Shown: positions 8,590 through 17,384, numbered from the stretch's first letter. The stretch: 38,877 nucleotides of DNA from Verrucomicrobiota bacterium (GCA_039804485.1 JBDLWC010000037.1:1-38877), one strand, 5' to 3'. Translations and numbers: made by a program. Notes: generated from the sequence alone by a model not told the origin.

Positions 8590-9480
8590 TCAGCGCAGGC
8601 GGGCGCTGAGTTCTTCGAGCCTACGTTTCTCGCCAGCAGTGAGCGAGCCGAATCCCCCGGCGGAGATCTTGTCCAGCAGCGTGTCTAATTCCGCGCGGGC
8701 CTGGGTGCGCGTGAGCGGACGGTCCGTGGAATCCGCGGACGGGGTCTCGAAAGACGGGCTCGGGGCTTCGGATTCCATGGGCTCCTGGATATGAGCGTAG
8801 CCGGGGGCCGCATTTGTCCGTTGAAGGTAGCGCCAGGCCAGCCAGCCGAAGATCAGCCCGCCGAGGTGGGCGGAGTGCGCGATCTGATCGTTCCAGGCGG
8901 GCTTCCAGCCCGCCCAGGCATGGCGTCCGGGCAGTTCGGAGAAGGCCCAGCCGAGGAGGGCGAAGAGCGCGGTGACCAGGAGCAGCCAGCGCACGCGCAG
9001 CGTGACCGGCAGGAAGAAGAACAGGAGCAGCGTGATCTGGTGGTCGAGCTTGTCGAGGAGCGCGACGAGCATGAGGGCGTACACGCCGGCCGAGATGCCG
9101 ATGAGGTGCGCGTCGCGCTGGCCGCCGAGCCCGGTGAGCATCCAGACGGACGCGCCGGCGAGCGTGCCCAGGACGAGGACGCCGAGCAGCGCGCGCGAAC
9201 CGTATTCGCGCTCCACGGTCGTGCCCGTCCACCAGAGGATGAGGGCGTTGCCCAGCAGGTGCCAGAAGCCTTCGTGCACCAGGGCGTGGGTCAGCCACTG
9301 CCAGGTCATCAGCCGGTCTTCGCCGAGGATCGTCCAGCCCAGGAGGTCGGCCTTCGCCGACTCCTGGATCAGGTTGACGATGAAGAACGCGACCAGGACG
9401 CCCACGACCCAGGCCGTGACGGAAAGCGGGTTCCGCGGGGCGCGCGTCTCCCGCATGTAGGCCCGGTCGCCGATGCCCAT
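8590..9480 (-). CDS. Rhomboid-family intramembrane serine protease with a soluble C-terminal tail
   Basis: Motifs are HEGFWHLLGN, GISAGVYAL (catalytic Ser) and AHLGGLIFG (catalytic His), with multiple hydrophobic helices. It lies 16 nt after the clpP stop and 17 nt before the prc start. Confidence 0.85.
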   Translation of the reverse strand: MGIGDRAYMRETRAPRNPLSVTAWVVGVLVAFFIVNLIQESAKADLLGWTILGEDRLMTWQWLTHALVHEGFWHLLGNALILWWTGTTVEREYGSRALLGVLVLGTLAGASVWMLTGLGGQRDAHLIGISAGVYALMLVALLDKLDHQITLLLFFFLPVTLRVRWLLLVTALFALLGWAFSELPGRHAWAGWKPAWNDQIAHSAHLGGLIFGWLAWRYLQRTNAAPGYAHIQEPMESEAPSPSFETPSADSTDRPLTRTQARAELDTLLDKISAGGFGSLTAGEKRRLEELSARLR

Positions 9481-9496
9481 GCGCGTGGGGTCCGGC

Positions 9497-10105
9497 TCAG
9501 AGCTTCTTCACAATCGCGTCGGCGAGGCCATATTCGATGGCCTCCTCGGCGGTCATGTAGAAGTCGCGGTCGGTGTCCTTGGTGACTTTTTCGATCTTCT
9601 GCTTCGAGGCCTTGGCGAGGATCTCGTTGAGCTCGGTGCGCAGGCGTTCCATTTCCTGGGCCTGGATGTGGATGTCCACGGCCGTGGCCTGGATGCGGCC
9701 CATGATGAGCGGCTGGTGGATCATCACGCGGGAGTGGGGGAAGAGGAGGCGGTTGCCCTTTTCCTTGGGGGCCTGGAGGAGGATGGAGCCCATCGAGGCG
9801 GCCATGCCGGTGACGACGACCTTCACCGGGGAGGAGATCATCCGGATGGTGTCGTAGACGGCCATGCCCGAGGTGATGGAGCCGCCCGGGGTGTTGATGT
9901 AGAAGGTGATCTCCTTGCCGGGGTCGATGCCGTCGAGGTAGAGCAGCTTTTCGACGATATCGCGGGCGGAGGCGTCTTCGACGGCGCCCCAGAGGAAGAT
10001 CTTCCGCTGCTCCAGGAACTTCTTCTGGATGAGCATCGCGCTCGGACCGCCGTCCTTGGGGGCGGCCGGGGTCTTCTCGTCCTCGTCTTCGTCGTCGTTA
10101 CGCAT
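9497..10105 (-). CDS. clpP: ATP-dependent Clp protease proteolytic subunit, ClpP1-type paralogue with no adjacent clpX
   Basis: Motifs are INTPGGSITSG, GMAASMGSILL (Ser), VMIHQP (His) and DTDRDFYM (Asp). The acidic N-terminal extension is MRNDDEDEDEK. The N-terminal region resembles the stand-alone ClpP1 of chlamydiae rather than the clpX-linked ClpP. Confidence 0.9.
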   Translation of the reverse strand: MRNDDEDEDEKTPAAPKDGGPSAMLIQKKFLEQRKIFLWGAVEDASARDIVEKLLYLDGIDPGKEITFYINTPGGSITSGMAVYDTIRMISSPVKVVVTGMAASMGSILLQAPKEKGNRLLFPHSRVMIHQPLIMGRIQATAVDIHIQAQEMERLRTELNEILAKASKQKIEKVTKDTDRDFYMTAEEAIEYGLADAIVKKL

Positions 10106-10238
10106 AGGAACCCCTAACTTGCCCGAAACCCGCCCGGTGGCAAGCGTGGGAAGCCGAAGTCATGGGCTAAAATCGCCCGGCGCCCTTCGCCTCCGTGCGC
10201 CCTTGCCCCCGGCCGCGGCTTCGGCCAAGTTCCGCCGC

Positions 10239-11309
10239 GTGTCCACCTTACGCGTCACCGGCCTGCGCCGCCAGCTCGGCGAAGCGACGATCCTCGCCGG
10301 CGTCGACCTCGTCGTCGAGGCCGGGACGCTATGCTGTCTGCTCGGGCCTTCGGGCAGCGGCAAGACCACGCTCCTCAAGGTCCTCGCGGGTCAGGCGCAG
10401 TCGCAGGGCGGCACGATCATGCTGGGCGACCGCGACATCACTTATGCGGAGTCCGCGGCCCGCGGTTTCGGTTACGTCCACCAGAACTTCGCGCTGTTCC
10501 CGCACCTGACCGTCCTCGAGAACGCGGCGTTCGGACTGACCGACACCGGTCTCTCCGCGGCGGACGTCACCGAGCGCGCGTCGGCTGCCTTGCGGGTCGT
10601 CGGGGCGGAAGGCTGGGCCGCGCGTCGGCCGCAGGAACTCTCCGGCGGCCAGCAGCAAAGGGTGGCCCTCGCCCGGGCGCTGGCGACGCGCCCTCGCATC
10701 CTGCTGCTCGACGAGCCGCTCAGCAACCTCGACGCCGCCTCGCGCGTGGAGCTGCGCGACGTCATCCGCGGACTCGCCCGCGCGACGGGCGTCACCGTGC
10801 TCTGCGTGCTGCACGACCAGGCGGACGCTTTCGCGATGGCCGACCGGCTGGCCGTGATGCGCGAAGGCCGCATCGTGCAGGCGGGCCTGCCCATCGATCT
10901 TTATCGCCGCCCGGCCGACAGCTGGGTCGCGACGTTCCTCGGGTCGGCGAACCTGCTGCCCGGCAAGATCGTCCACGTCGGCGCGGGGGAGTTCGTGGCC
11001 GAGACCGCCGTCGGCGAGGTCCGCGGCGCGCTCGCCACGCCGGACAGCGCCCCCGGGCCGGGCGGGCGGATCGTCGTCTGCATCCGCCCCGAATGCCTGA
11101 AGCTCGACTTCATGGCCCCTGATGAGAACGCCTTCGCCGGCGCCATCGTCGCCTCGCTTTTCCAGGGCAACGTCTCGTTCCACGATTTCCGGACCAAGGC
11201 GGGCGCGGTGCTCAAGGTCGCCGAGGCGAATCCGCGCCAGCGGGTCGGGTCGAAGGCCACGGTCTTCGCCTGGGCCGAGCCCGAAGACGTCGTCGGGTTG
11301 GATCGCTGA
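10239..11309 (+). CDS. ABC transporter ATP-binding protein, importer type (PotA/FbpC/MalK-like) with a C-terminal TOBE-like domain
   Basis: It has Walker A (GPSGSGKTT), signature (LSGGQQQRVALARAL) and Walker B (ILLLDEPLSNLD). I chose the GTG at 10239 (VSTLRVTGL) because the longer ORF from 10029 overlaps clpP and is low complexity. Confidence 0.82.
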   Translation: MSTLRVTGLRRQLGEATILAGVDLVVEAGTLCCLLGPSGSGKTTLLKVLAGQAQSQGGTIMLGDRDITYAESAARGFGYVHQNFALFPHLTVLENAAFGLTDTGLSAADVTERASAALRVVGAEGWAARRPQELSGGQQQRVALARALATRPRILLLDEPLSNLDAASRVELRDVIRGLARATGVTVLCVLHDQADAFAMADRLAVMREGRIVQAGLPIDLYRRPADSWVATFLGSANLLPGKIVHVGAGEFVAETAVGEVRGALATPDSAPGPGGRIVVCIRPECLKLDFMAPDENAFAGAIVASLFQGNVSFHDFRTKAGAVLKVAEANPRQRVGSKATVFAWAEPEDVVGLDR

Positions 11310-11380
11310 CGGTCGCCGGGACCGCGCCGCCGCCGAAGAACGGACTCGCCACCGCGGGGCATTCGTTCCCTCGTGAGGCC

Positions 11381-12745
11381 TTGGCTTCTGTCGCGACCAT
11401 CCGTTCGGAAATCGGGCCCACCCTGAAACTCGCCATCCCGATCATGCTGGGGATGCTCGGTTACGGCCTGATGTTCGTCGTCGATGTCGCCATGGCCGGG
11501 CACCTCGGCGAGACGGCCTTGGCCGCCTCGGCTTTGGCCTCGAACCTCAACTACATCCCCTACGTCTTCGGCATCGGCGTCGTCGGGGCGATCCCCGTCT
11601 ACCAATCGCAGGACAACGGCGCCGGCGTCGAGGCGTCCGCCCCGGCCATCCTCCGCCACGGCATGACGCTCGCGCTGGGACTCGGCCTCGCGACCGCGGC
11701 GCTCACGCATGCGGCCGTCGCCGGCCTGCCCTTGCTGGGTTCCTCGCCCGAGGTCACCGCCGAGGCGCACGACTTCTTCATCATCATGGCCTGGGCGATC
11801 GTGCCGGGCCTGGCTTTCCATGCCCTGCGCGGCCACCGCGACGCCCAGCACCAGCCTTGGATCTCGCTGGCCTGGCTCGCGGCCGGCATCCTCGCCAACA
11901 TCCTGCTGAACTGGCTGTGGATGTTCGGCCATGGCGGGTTCCCCGCGATGGGCCTCGCGGGCGCCGGCTGGGCCACGCTCGTCTCGCGGTGTCTCATGCT
12001 GGTCGGGCTCTGGTTCACGCCGGGTCGGGGCGAGGTGCGTTGGCGCGACGGCTGGCAGCTCGCCGTGTTCCGCCGCCTCCTGGCGACCGGCTGGCCCGCC
12101 GGGCTCCATAGCCTCAGCGAAGTCGGCATCTTCGCGGTCGTCCCCGTGATGGCCGGATGGATCAACGCCACCGCGCAGGCGGCGCATCAGGTCGCGATCA
12201 GCACGGCCTCCGCCGCCTTCATGCTGCCGCTCGGACTCGGCATCGCGGCGGGCATCCGCGTCGGCGAAGCCTATGGCGCGAAGGACGCCCGCAAGGTGCG
12301 GGCGGTGGGCCTGGGCGCCCTCTTGCTCGGCGGGGCGATGATGGCCGCCTACGGACTCGCGATGCTCCTCCTGCGTCCCTTGCTGATGGAGACATACGGC
12401 GTCGCGGGCACCGAGACCGCGGTCCTCGCTTCGTCCTTGCTCGTCTTCGCCGCCGTCTGGGCGCCGTTCGACGGCGTGCAGATCGTGGCCGCGCATCTCC
12501 TGCGTTCCGTCGACCGGGCCGCGTGGGCTTCTTGGAGCGTCTTCATCGTCTATTGGCTGATCTGCCTGCCCATGGCCCTCGCCCTGGCATTCCCGCCCGG
12601 CTTCCAGGTGCTCGGCTTCGCGGTGGGTCGCTGGGACCTGGGCGCCGCGGGCATCTGGATCGCGCTGGCGGCTGGGCTCATCCTGGTGTCCCTCGCCATG
12701 GCGTGGAAATTCCACCGGACCGCCCGGGCCGCGCTCGCGGACTGA
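11381..12745 (+). CDS. MATE-family efflux transporter
   Basis: The 454-aa protein has about 12 hydrophobic segments. Its N-terminus, LKLAIPIMLGMLGYGLMFVVDVAMAGHLG, is typical of NorM/DinF-type MATE proteins. The start codon is TTG. Confidence 0.82.
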   Translation: MASVATIRSEIGPTLKLAIPIMLGMLGYGLMFVVDVAMAGHLGETALAASALASNLNYIPYVFGIGVVGAIPVYQSQDNGAGVEASAPAILRHGMTLALGLGLATAALTHAAVAGLPLLGSSPEVTAEAHDFFIIMAWAIVPGLAFHALRGHRDAQHQPWISLAWLAAGILANILLNWLWMFGHGGFPAMGLAGAGWATLVSRCLMLVGLWFTPGRGEVRWRDGWQLAVFRRLLATGWPAGLHSLSEVGIFAVVPVMAGWINATAQAAHQVAISTASAAFMLPLGLGIAAGIRVGEAYGAKDARKVRAVGLGALLLGGAMMAAYGLAMLLLRPLLMETYGVAGTETAVLASSLLVFAAVWAPFDGVQIVAAHLLRSVDRAAWASWSVFIVYWLICLPMALALAFPPGFQVLGFAVGRWDLGAAGIWIALAAGLILVSLAMAWKFHRTARAALAD

Positions 12746-12767
12746 CGCTTCGCTTTCCCGCCAAACA

Positions 12768-12795
12768 AAGAAGCCGACCAGTCGGTCGGCTTCTT
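12768..12795. terminator. Bidirectional terminator hairpin between the MATE gene and rpmA
   Basis: It has a perfect 12-bp stem, aagaagccgacc/ggtcggcttctt, with loop agtc. On the minus strand it is followed by TTTGTTTGG. Confidence 0.6.
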
Positions 12796-12814
12796 GCGGA
12801 AGACCCGGAGGGTC

Positions 12815-13084
12815 TTACTTGATCGCGCAGGCGGACGAGGTCGTCGGGACGATCTCGACCTTGCGGTGCTCGGCGTCCCACTTCACCAGGCCGTCGGCCT
12901 TGGCGAAGAGGGTGTGGTCGCGGCCCATGCCGACGTTGCGGCCGGCATTCATGCGGGTTCCGCGCTGACGGATGATGATCGAGCCAGCGGTGGCGAATTC
13001 GCCGCCGTAAAGCTTCACGCCGAGGCGCTTGGAGGTGGAGTCGCGGCCGTTGGAGGAAGTGCCGCCGCCTTTCTTTGTTGCCAT
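12815..13084 (-). CDS. rpmA: 50S ribosomal protein L27
   Basis: The translation reads [28 protein letters not shown]...IIIRQRGT. Confidence 0.95.
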   Translation of the reverse strand: MATKKGGGTSSNGRDSTSKRLGVKLYGGEFATAGSIIIRQRGTRMNAGRNVGMGRDHTLFAKADGLVKWDAEHRKVEIVPTTSSACAIK

Positions 13085-13103
13085 GGTGAGAGGACGTTAA
13101 GGG

Positions 13104-13418
13104 TTAAGCAGAGATGGACTCGACCTTGATCACCGACAGTTCCTGGCGGTGGCCGCGGCGGCGGTAGTAGCCTTTGCGGCGGCGGTGCTTGAAGATGTCG
13201 ATCTTCTCGCCGCGCTTGTTCTCAAGGATCTTGGCGGTGACCTTCGCGCCGGCGACGGTCGGGGTGCCGATCTTGGCGGAGGCGCCTTCGCCAACCAGGA
13301 GGACCTGGTCGAACGTGAGGACGTCGCCTTCGTTCTTACCAGGGTACTGGTTCACGATGAGGATGTCGCCCTGAGTGACGGTGAATTGGCGACCGGAGGT
13401 GATAAATGTGGCCTTCAT
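13104..13418 (-). CDS. rplU: 50S ribosomal protein L21
   Basis: It starts at the internal ATG ([20 protein letters not shown]) and ends in the [16 protein letters not shown] tail. It lies 19 nt upstream of rpmA. Confidence 0.9.
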   Translation of the reverse strand: MKATFITSGRQFTVTQGDILIVNQYPGKNEGDVLTFDQVLLVGEGASAKIGTPTVAGAKVTAKILENKRGEKIDIFKHRRRKGYYRRRGHRQELSVIKVESISA

Positions 13419-13560
13419 GGCTGTCGGAAGGTCGGAGCAAACGGACTCGAGGGGGGTTGGCAAGGGGAATTGTCGGTAGATTCGGGCCAGGGAGCGGAAT
13501 CGTGCCGGGGGTGGGGGCGGGGGAGGGCTGCCTGAAAGCCAGGTTTAGGGCTTTTGAGGC

Positions 13561-13588
13561 TTAAAATGGCCTCAAAAGAGGGTGGAGC
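13561..13588. other. Perfect 10-bp inverted repeat (cttttgaggc-ttaaaatg-gcctcaaaag) in the divergent rplU / gamma-CA intergenic region
   Basis: Read directly from the sequence. It is AT-rich relative to its surroundings, and no gene ends nearby, so it is not an obvious terminator. Confidence 0.4.
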
Positions 13589-13636
13589 GGGTGGTTAGGT
13601 CTTCCCTGATGCCTCGAGGTGCCTAATTCTGCCGGG

Positions 13637-14212
13637 ATGAACCCTTTTCACCAAGGCGGCCCGTTCGAGGAGCCTCTGGATCTCACGGCGGCCCTGTCCA
13701 AGGAGCTGACGCGTAACCTCTCCATCGGCCCGACGATCCACGTCTCGGCCTTCGTGCACGCCAAGGCGGTCGTCATCGGCAACGTGACCCTGGGCGCGCA
13801 CGCCAGCCTCTGGCCGTGCGCCGTGCTCCGGGGGGATATCGCCCCGATCGAGATCGGAGAGGGCAGCAACATCCAGGACGGCGCCGTCGTCCATGTCGCC
13901 GACGGTCTGCCCGCCAAGGTCGGCGCCCGGGTCACGGTCGGCCACCTCGCCATGCTCCATGCCTGCGTGATCGGCGACGAATGCCTGATCGGCATGCACG
14001 CCACCGTCCTCGACGGCGCGGTCATCGGCGCCCGTTCGATCGTGGGCGCCAACTCGCTCGTCACCAAGGGCACGCAGGTGCCGCCCGGTTCGCTCGTCAT
14101 GGGTTCGCCGGCCAAGGTGGTGCGGCCGCTGTCGCCCGCCGAGCAGGCCGCTCTCCCGGGCTGGGCCGAGAAATACGTGCAGGTCGCCGCGCATCATCGC
14201 CGCTTCCTGTGA
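13637..14212 (+). CDS. Gamma-carbonic-anhydrase-like / left-handed beta-helix (hexapeptide repeat) protein, YrdA/PaaY family
   Basis: It has hexapeptide repeats. LRGDIAPIEIGEGSNIQDGAVVH and VGHLAMLHACVIG match the gamma-CA His-ligand contexts. A GTG at 13619 is an alternative start. Confidence 0.8.
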   Translation: MNPFHQGGPFEEPLDLTAALSKELTRNLSIGPTIHVSAFVHAKAVVIGNVTLGAHASLWPCAVLRGDIAPIEIGEGSNIQDGAVVHVADGLPAKVGARVTVGHLAMLHACVIGDECLIGMHATVLDGAVIGARSIVGANSLVTKGTQVPPGSLVMGSPAKVVRPLSPAEQAALPGWAEKYVQVAAHHRRFL

Positions 14213-15081
14213 CCGTCGCTCCGGCCAGCCAGACGACGTTGTCGCCCGAGGCATGGCGGGCGCGTCGGGCCGCGCATGAAGCGCGGGCCGATCGCCTGGT
14301 GCAGGCCCGCCGGGCGCGCGCGCTCCGGGGCGAGCGGGATCCGGTGGAGGATTTCCTCTTCACTTATTACCCTTTCCGGCTCGGCGCCCTCCGTCGCTGG
14401 TCGCCGGGCGCGGGGGTCGCCTTGGCGGAGGCCGACGAACTGGCCGACGACCGCCGGTTCCTCCGCGGCGCCGACGGCTTGGTGCGGGTGGCCTTGCCTG
14501 ACGCCGCCCAGGCCGGGCGCCTGGCGTTCACCTTGCGCCTGTGCCGCGCGGTGGCCGCGCGACCGGCGTTCCACGGCTGCTTCGGGCTGCACGAATGGGC
14601 GATGGTCTACCAGGACGCGCCGAGCCGGCGGCACGGCGGCTGGCCCTTGCGCCTCGGGTCCGAGGGCACCGACGCCGTCGTGCGCGCGATGCCGGTGCGC
14701 TGCACGCACTACGACGCGTTCCGTTTCTTCACCCCGGGCGCGCGTCCGCTCAACAAGCTCGCGCCCGCCCTAGAGACGCGCGTCGAGAACGAGCAGCCGG
14801 GCTGCGTCCATGTCACCATGGATCTTTTCAAGTGGGCGATGAAGGCCTCGCCCTGGGTCTCCGCCGAGCTGGCGGCCGACGCCTTCGAGCTCGCGCACGT
14901 CGCGCGGACGACGGACATGCGCGCGAGCCCTTATGACTTCTCCGCCATCGGGCTGCGGCCCATCGCGATCGAGACGCCGGAAGGCCGGCAGGAATACGAA
15001 GCGGAGCAGCGCCGGCTGACCGCGCTCGCCGAACCCGTGCGGGCGCGGCTCATCGACGGGCTCGCGCGCGCGCTCGCCTGA
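14209..15081 (+). CDS. Conserved hypothetical protein; I recall relatives being annotated as 3-methyladenine DNA glycosylase-like, but that is unverified
   Basis: The GTG start overlaps the upstream stop (GTGA). Distinctive motifs are FLFTYYPF, GLHEWAMVY, CTHYDAFRFFT and QPGCVHVTMDLFKWA. The upstream part of ORF 13816..15081 is out-of-frame overlap. Confidence 0.55.
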   Translation: MTVAPASQTTLSPEAWRARRAAHEARADRLVQARRARALRGERDPVEDFLFTYYPFRLGALRRWSPGAGVALAEADELADDRRFLRGADGLVRVALPDAAQAGRLAFTLRLCRAVAARPAFHGCFGLHEWAMVYQDAPSRRHGGWPLRLGSEGTDAVVRAMPVRCTHYDAFRFFTPGARPLNKLAPALETRVENEQPGCVHVTMDLFKWAMKASPWVSAELAADAFELAHVARTTDMRASPYDFSAIGLRPIAIETPEGRQEYEAEQRRLTALAEPVRARLIDGLARALA

Positions 15082-15109
15082 GGCCCGGTCGCGGAAGGAG
15101 CGACCGCCC

Positions 15110-15751
15110 TCAGGGCAGGCGCTCGACGACCAGGTCCTTGTAGTCGACCTTGCAGCCCGGGTCGTGGGCTTGGATCGCGAAGGTGCCGTCGCCGAGCCGG
15201 CGGCCGGGCATGTTCTTCGGCGGGGTCCAGTCGGCCGGCTCGGTGAAGTCGACGGTCTGCTTGCCGTTGATCCAGACCTGGACGCGCTTGCCTTGGACGC
15301 GGATGCGATAGTCGAACCACTCGTCGTCGGGGGCCGGGGCGACGTCCATGACGTCCTGCACGGCGTACAAGCCTCCGGTCTTCTTCTTGTCGGCGTGCGT
15401 GGCGTTGACCTGGCACTCGTAGCCTTGCGAGGGCCAGCCCTTGTCCTGGTAGGCCGTGTGGAAGTAGAGGCCGGAGTTGGCGCCCGGATAGGTCTTCACC
15501 TTCGCCTTGAAGTCGAAGTCCTTGAAGGAAGCCTTGCCGTCGGCGCCCACGAAAAAGAGATGCCCTTGTCCGCCGCGGATCTGAAGCACGCCGTCGACGA
15601 CCTTGTAGGCGCCTTCGGGCGAGTTCTTCGACGCGCGCCAGCCGGCGAGCGACTTGCCGTCGAAAAGCGGCAGCGCTTCGCCCGCCAAGGCGGCTGACAG
15701 GCCGAGGAAGAGCCCGGCCAAAGCGGGCAGGATGCGTCTGGGGTGGGACAT
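15110..15751 (-). CDS. Secreted DUF1080 (3-keto-disaccharide hydrolase-like) domain protein
   Basis: It has a signal peptide (ILPALAGLFLGLSAALAGEA). LFDGKSLAGW, FDFKAKVK, ANSGLYFH and GYECQV, together with the jelly-roll-like layout, are typical of DUF1080 proteins. Confidence 0.78.
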   Translation of the reverse strand: MSHPRRILPALAGLFLGLSAALAGEALPLFDGKSLAGWRASKNSPEGAYKVVDGVLQIRGGQGHLFFVGADGKASFKDFDFKAKVKTYPGANSGLYFHTAYQDKGWPSQGYECQVNATHADKKKTGGLYAVQDVMDVAPAPDDEWFDYRIRVQGKRVQVWINGKQTVDFTEPADWTPPKNMPGRRLGDGTFAIQAHDPGCKVDYKDLVVERLP

Positions 15752-15792
15752 GGTCCCGGAGGTCTAAGCCGGGTTTCCGCCGTCCGCAAAGC

Positions 15793-17301
15793 TCAAGTGA
15801 AGACCTTGATGCCGGCTTCGCGCATCTCGAGCAGGCGCTTCTTCAGCGTCGAGCGGTTGATGCCCAGGATCATCGCCGACCGCAGCTGGTTGCCGCGGGT
15901 CTCCTCCATGGCCCGGCGGATCATCTCCATCTCGATGGTCATGAGGATGTCCTTCCCTTCGTTGGCGCGGCACTGGCGGTAGATGGTGTCGTAGGCGGAG
16001 CCGCCGCCGGCCGGAGCCGCGGGCGCGGGCGTCTCGTTGCCGCCCGCGGCGGGCGCCGCGGCGGAAGCCGCCGGGTTCGCCGGCAGCGGCGCCGCGCTCT
16101 TGCGCGGGTGCAGGACGTCCTGCGGCAGGTCCTTGGGCAGGATCGTCTCGCCCTTGGCGAGCACGTTGGCGCGCTGCACCACGTTCTCGAGCTCGCGCAC
16201 GTTGCCGGGCCAGTCGTAGGCCAGCAGGGCGTCGAGGGCTTCGTTGGAGAGGCGCTTGGGCTTCAGTTTCTTGGCGGCCGCCTGGCGCTGCAGCATGTAA
16301 TCCACGAGCAGGGGCACGTCGCTCTTGCGATAGCGGAGCGCCGGCAGGCGGATCCGGAAGACGTTCAGGCGGTAGTAGAGGTCCTCGCGGAACTGCCGCG
16401 AGGTCACCATGGCTTCGAGGTCCTTGTTGGTCGCCGCGACGAGGCGCACGCTGACCTTGAGGGTGGTCGTGCCGCCGACGCGCTGGATCTCGCCTTCCTG
16501 GATGGCGCGGAGCACCTTCGTCTGGGTCGGCAGGGACATGTCGCCGATCTCATCGAGGAAGATGGTGCCGCCGTCGCAGAGCTCGAACTTGCCCGGCTTC
16601 TGGTTCGTCGCGCCGGTGAAGGCGCCCTTCTCGTGTCCGAAGAGCTCGGACTCGATGAGGTTCTCGGGGATGGCCGCGCAGTTGACGGCGAGGAAGGGGC
16701 CTTTGGCGCGCAGGGAATGCTGGTGGATGCAGCGGGCGACCAGTTCCTTGCCGGTGCCGCTTTCTCCGGTGATGAGCACGGTCGCGTCGCTCGCGGCGAC
16801 CTGGCCGATCGACTTCAGCACTTCCTGCATGGGCTCGGAGCTGCCCACGATGCCTTCCTTGTAGTCGGCCGGGTTGACGAGCGAGCGGGTGGACTTGGTG
16901 GCCGTGGCCAGGTCGCGCCGGGCCGACAGGGCCTTGTCGACCAAGGCGATGAGCTTGGCCTGGTCGAAAGGCTTCATGACATAGTCATAGGCGCCGAACT
17001 TCATCGCCTCGATGGCGGTCTGCGTCGTGCCGAACGCCGTCATCAGGATCACCATCGCCTGCGGCTGCGCCCCGCGGAGCATCTGCAACGTCTCGATGCC
17101 GGTCATCCCGCCCATGCGGTTATCGAGCAGGATGACATCAGGCTGTTCGCGTTTGGCGGAGACCACGCCGGACTCGCCGCTGTCGGCTTCGATGACGGTG
17201 TGACCGAGCCCTGCGAGCGCCCGGCGGAGCGAGTACCGGAGGTCTTTATCATCATCGATGACCAGGACTTTGGCGTTCGTGGCGGTGGGCGTGGAACTCA
17301 T
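15793..17301 (-). CDS. Sigma-54-dependent response regulator (NtrC family: REC + AAA+ + Fis-type HTH), with no adjacent sensor kinase
   Basis: REC domain: KVLVIDDD...[15 protein letters not shown]+ domain: [25 protein letters not shown]: [16 protein letters not shown] prefer the ATG at 17301 ([18 protein letters not shown]) over the one at 17346. Confidence 0.9.
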   Translation of the reverse strand: MSSTPTATNAKVLVIDDDKDLRYSLRRALAGLGHTVIEADSGESGVVSAKREQPDVILLDNRMGGMTGIETLQMLRGAQPQAMVILMTAFGTTQTAIEAMKFGAYDYVMKPFDQAKLIALVDKALSARRDLATATKSTRSLVNPADYKEGIVGSSEPMQEVLKSIGQVAASDATVLITGESGTGKELVARCIHQHSLRAKGPFLAVNCAAIPENLIESELFGHEKGAFTGATNQKPGKFELCDGGTIFLDEIGDMSLPTQTKVLRAIQEGEIQRVGGTTTLKVSVRLVAATNKDLEAMVTSRQFREDLYYRLNVFRIRLPALRYRKSDVPLLVDYMLQRQAAAKKLKPKRLSNEALDALLAYDWPGNVRELENVVQRANVLAKGETILPKDLPQDVLHPRKSAAPLPANPAASAAAPAAGGNETPAPAAPAGGGSAYDTIYRQCRANEGKDILMTIEMEMIRRAMEETRGNQLRSAMILGINRSTLKKRLLEMREAGIKVFT

Positions 17302-17315
17302 ATTGAGTAAAAGTA

Positions 17316-17331
17316 GGCAGATTCCGTGCCA
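17316..17331 (-). promoter_or_regulatory. Candidate sigma-54 (-24/-12) promoter immediately upstream of the activator gene
   Basis: The minus strand reads cTGGCACggaatCTGCc, against the consensus TGGCAC-N5-TTGC. GG is at 17330/17329 and GC at 17318/17317. The ATG at 17301 is only about 16 nt downstream of the -12 GC. Confidence 0.4.
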
Positions 17332-17384
17332 GCGGGTCCGGAGCATGCATAATGTCCTAATAGCGTCTTACCTCAACCCATTCC

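Noticed and set aside
5072-8794. A 1,240-aa ORF on the plus strand. Similar giant ORFs are 26406..30146 (+, 1,246 aa), 21938..24358 (+), 24166..26586 (+), 35369..37897 (-), 10901..12715 (-) and 619..2121 (-).
   Set aside because: All of them lie antisense to genes with unmistakable family motifs (galM/prc, uvrA-like, fusA, MATE, bioB). Their translations are low-complexity and rich in Gly, Ala, Arg, Asp, Glu and Val. Long stop-free antisense frames are expected in GC-rich DNA.
10029-10238. A 70-aa N-terminal extension of the ABC ATPase ORF (MSIALGPPSLGAAGVFSSSSSSS...).
   Set aside because: It overlaps the clpP 5' end on the opposite strand and is low complexity. It would also push Walker A to about residue 110, whereas the GTG at 10239 gives the normal ABC N-terminal spacing.
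11310-11380. A possible riboswitch (guanidine or other) upstream of the MATE exporter.
   Set aside because: The spacer is only about 70 nt. The single ACGG is not in a hairpin loop, and I found no paired mini-ykkC-type stems or other recognisable riboswitch cores.
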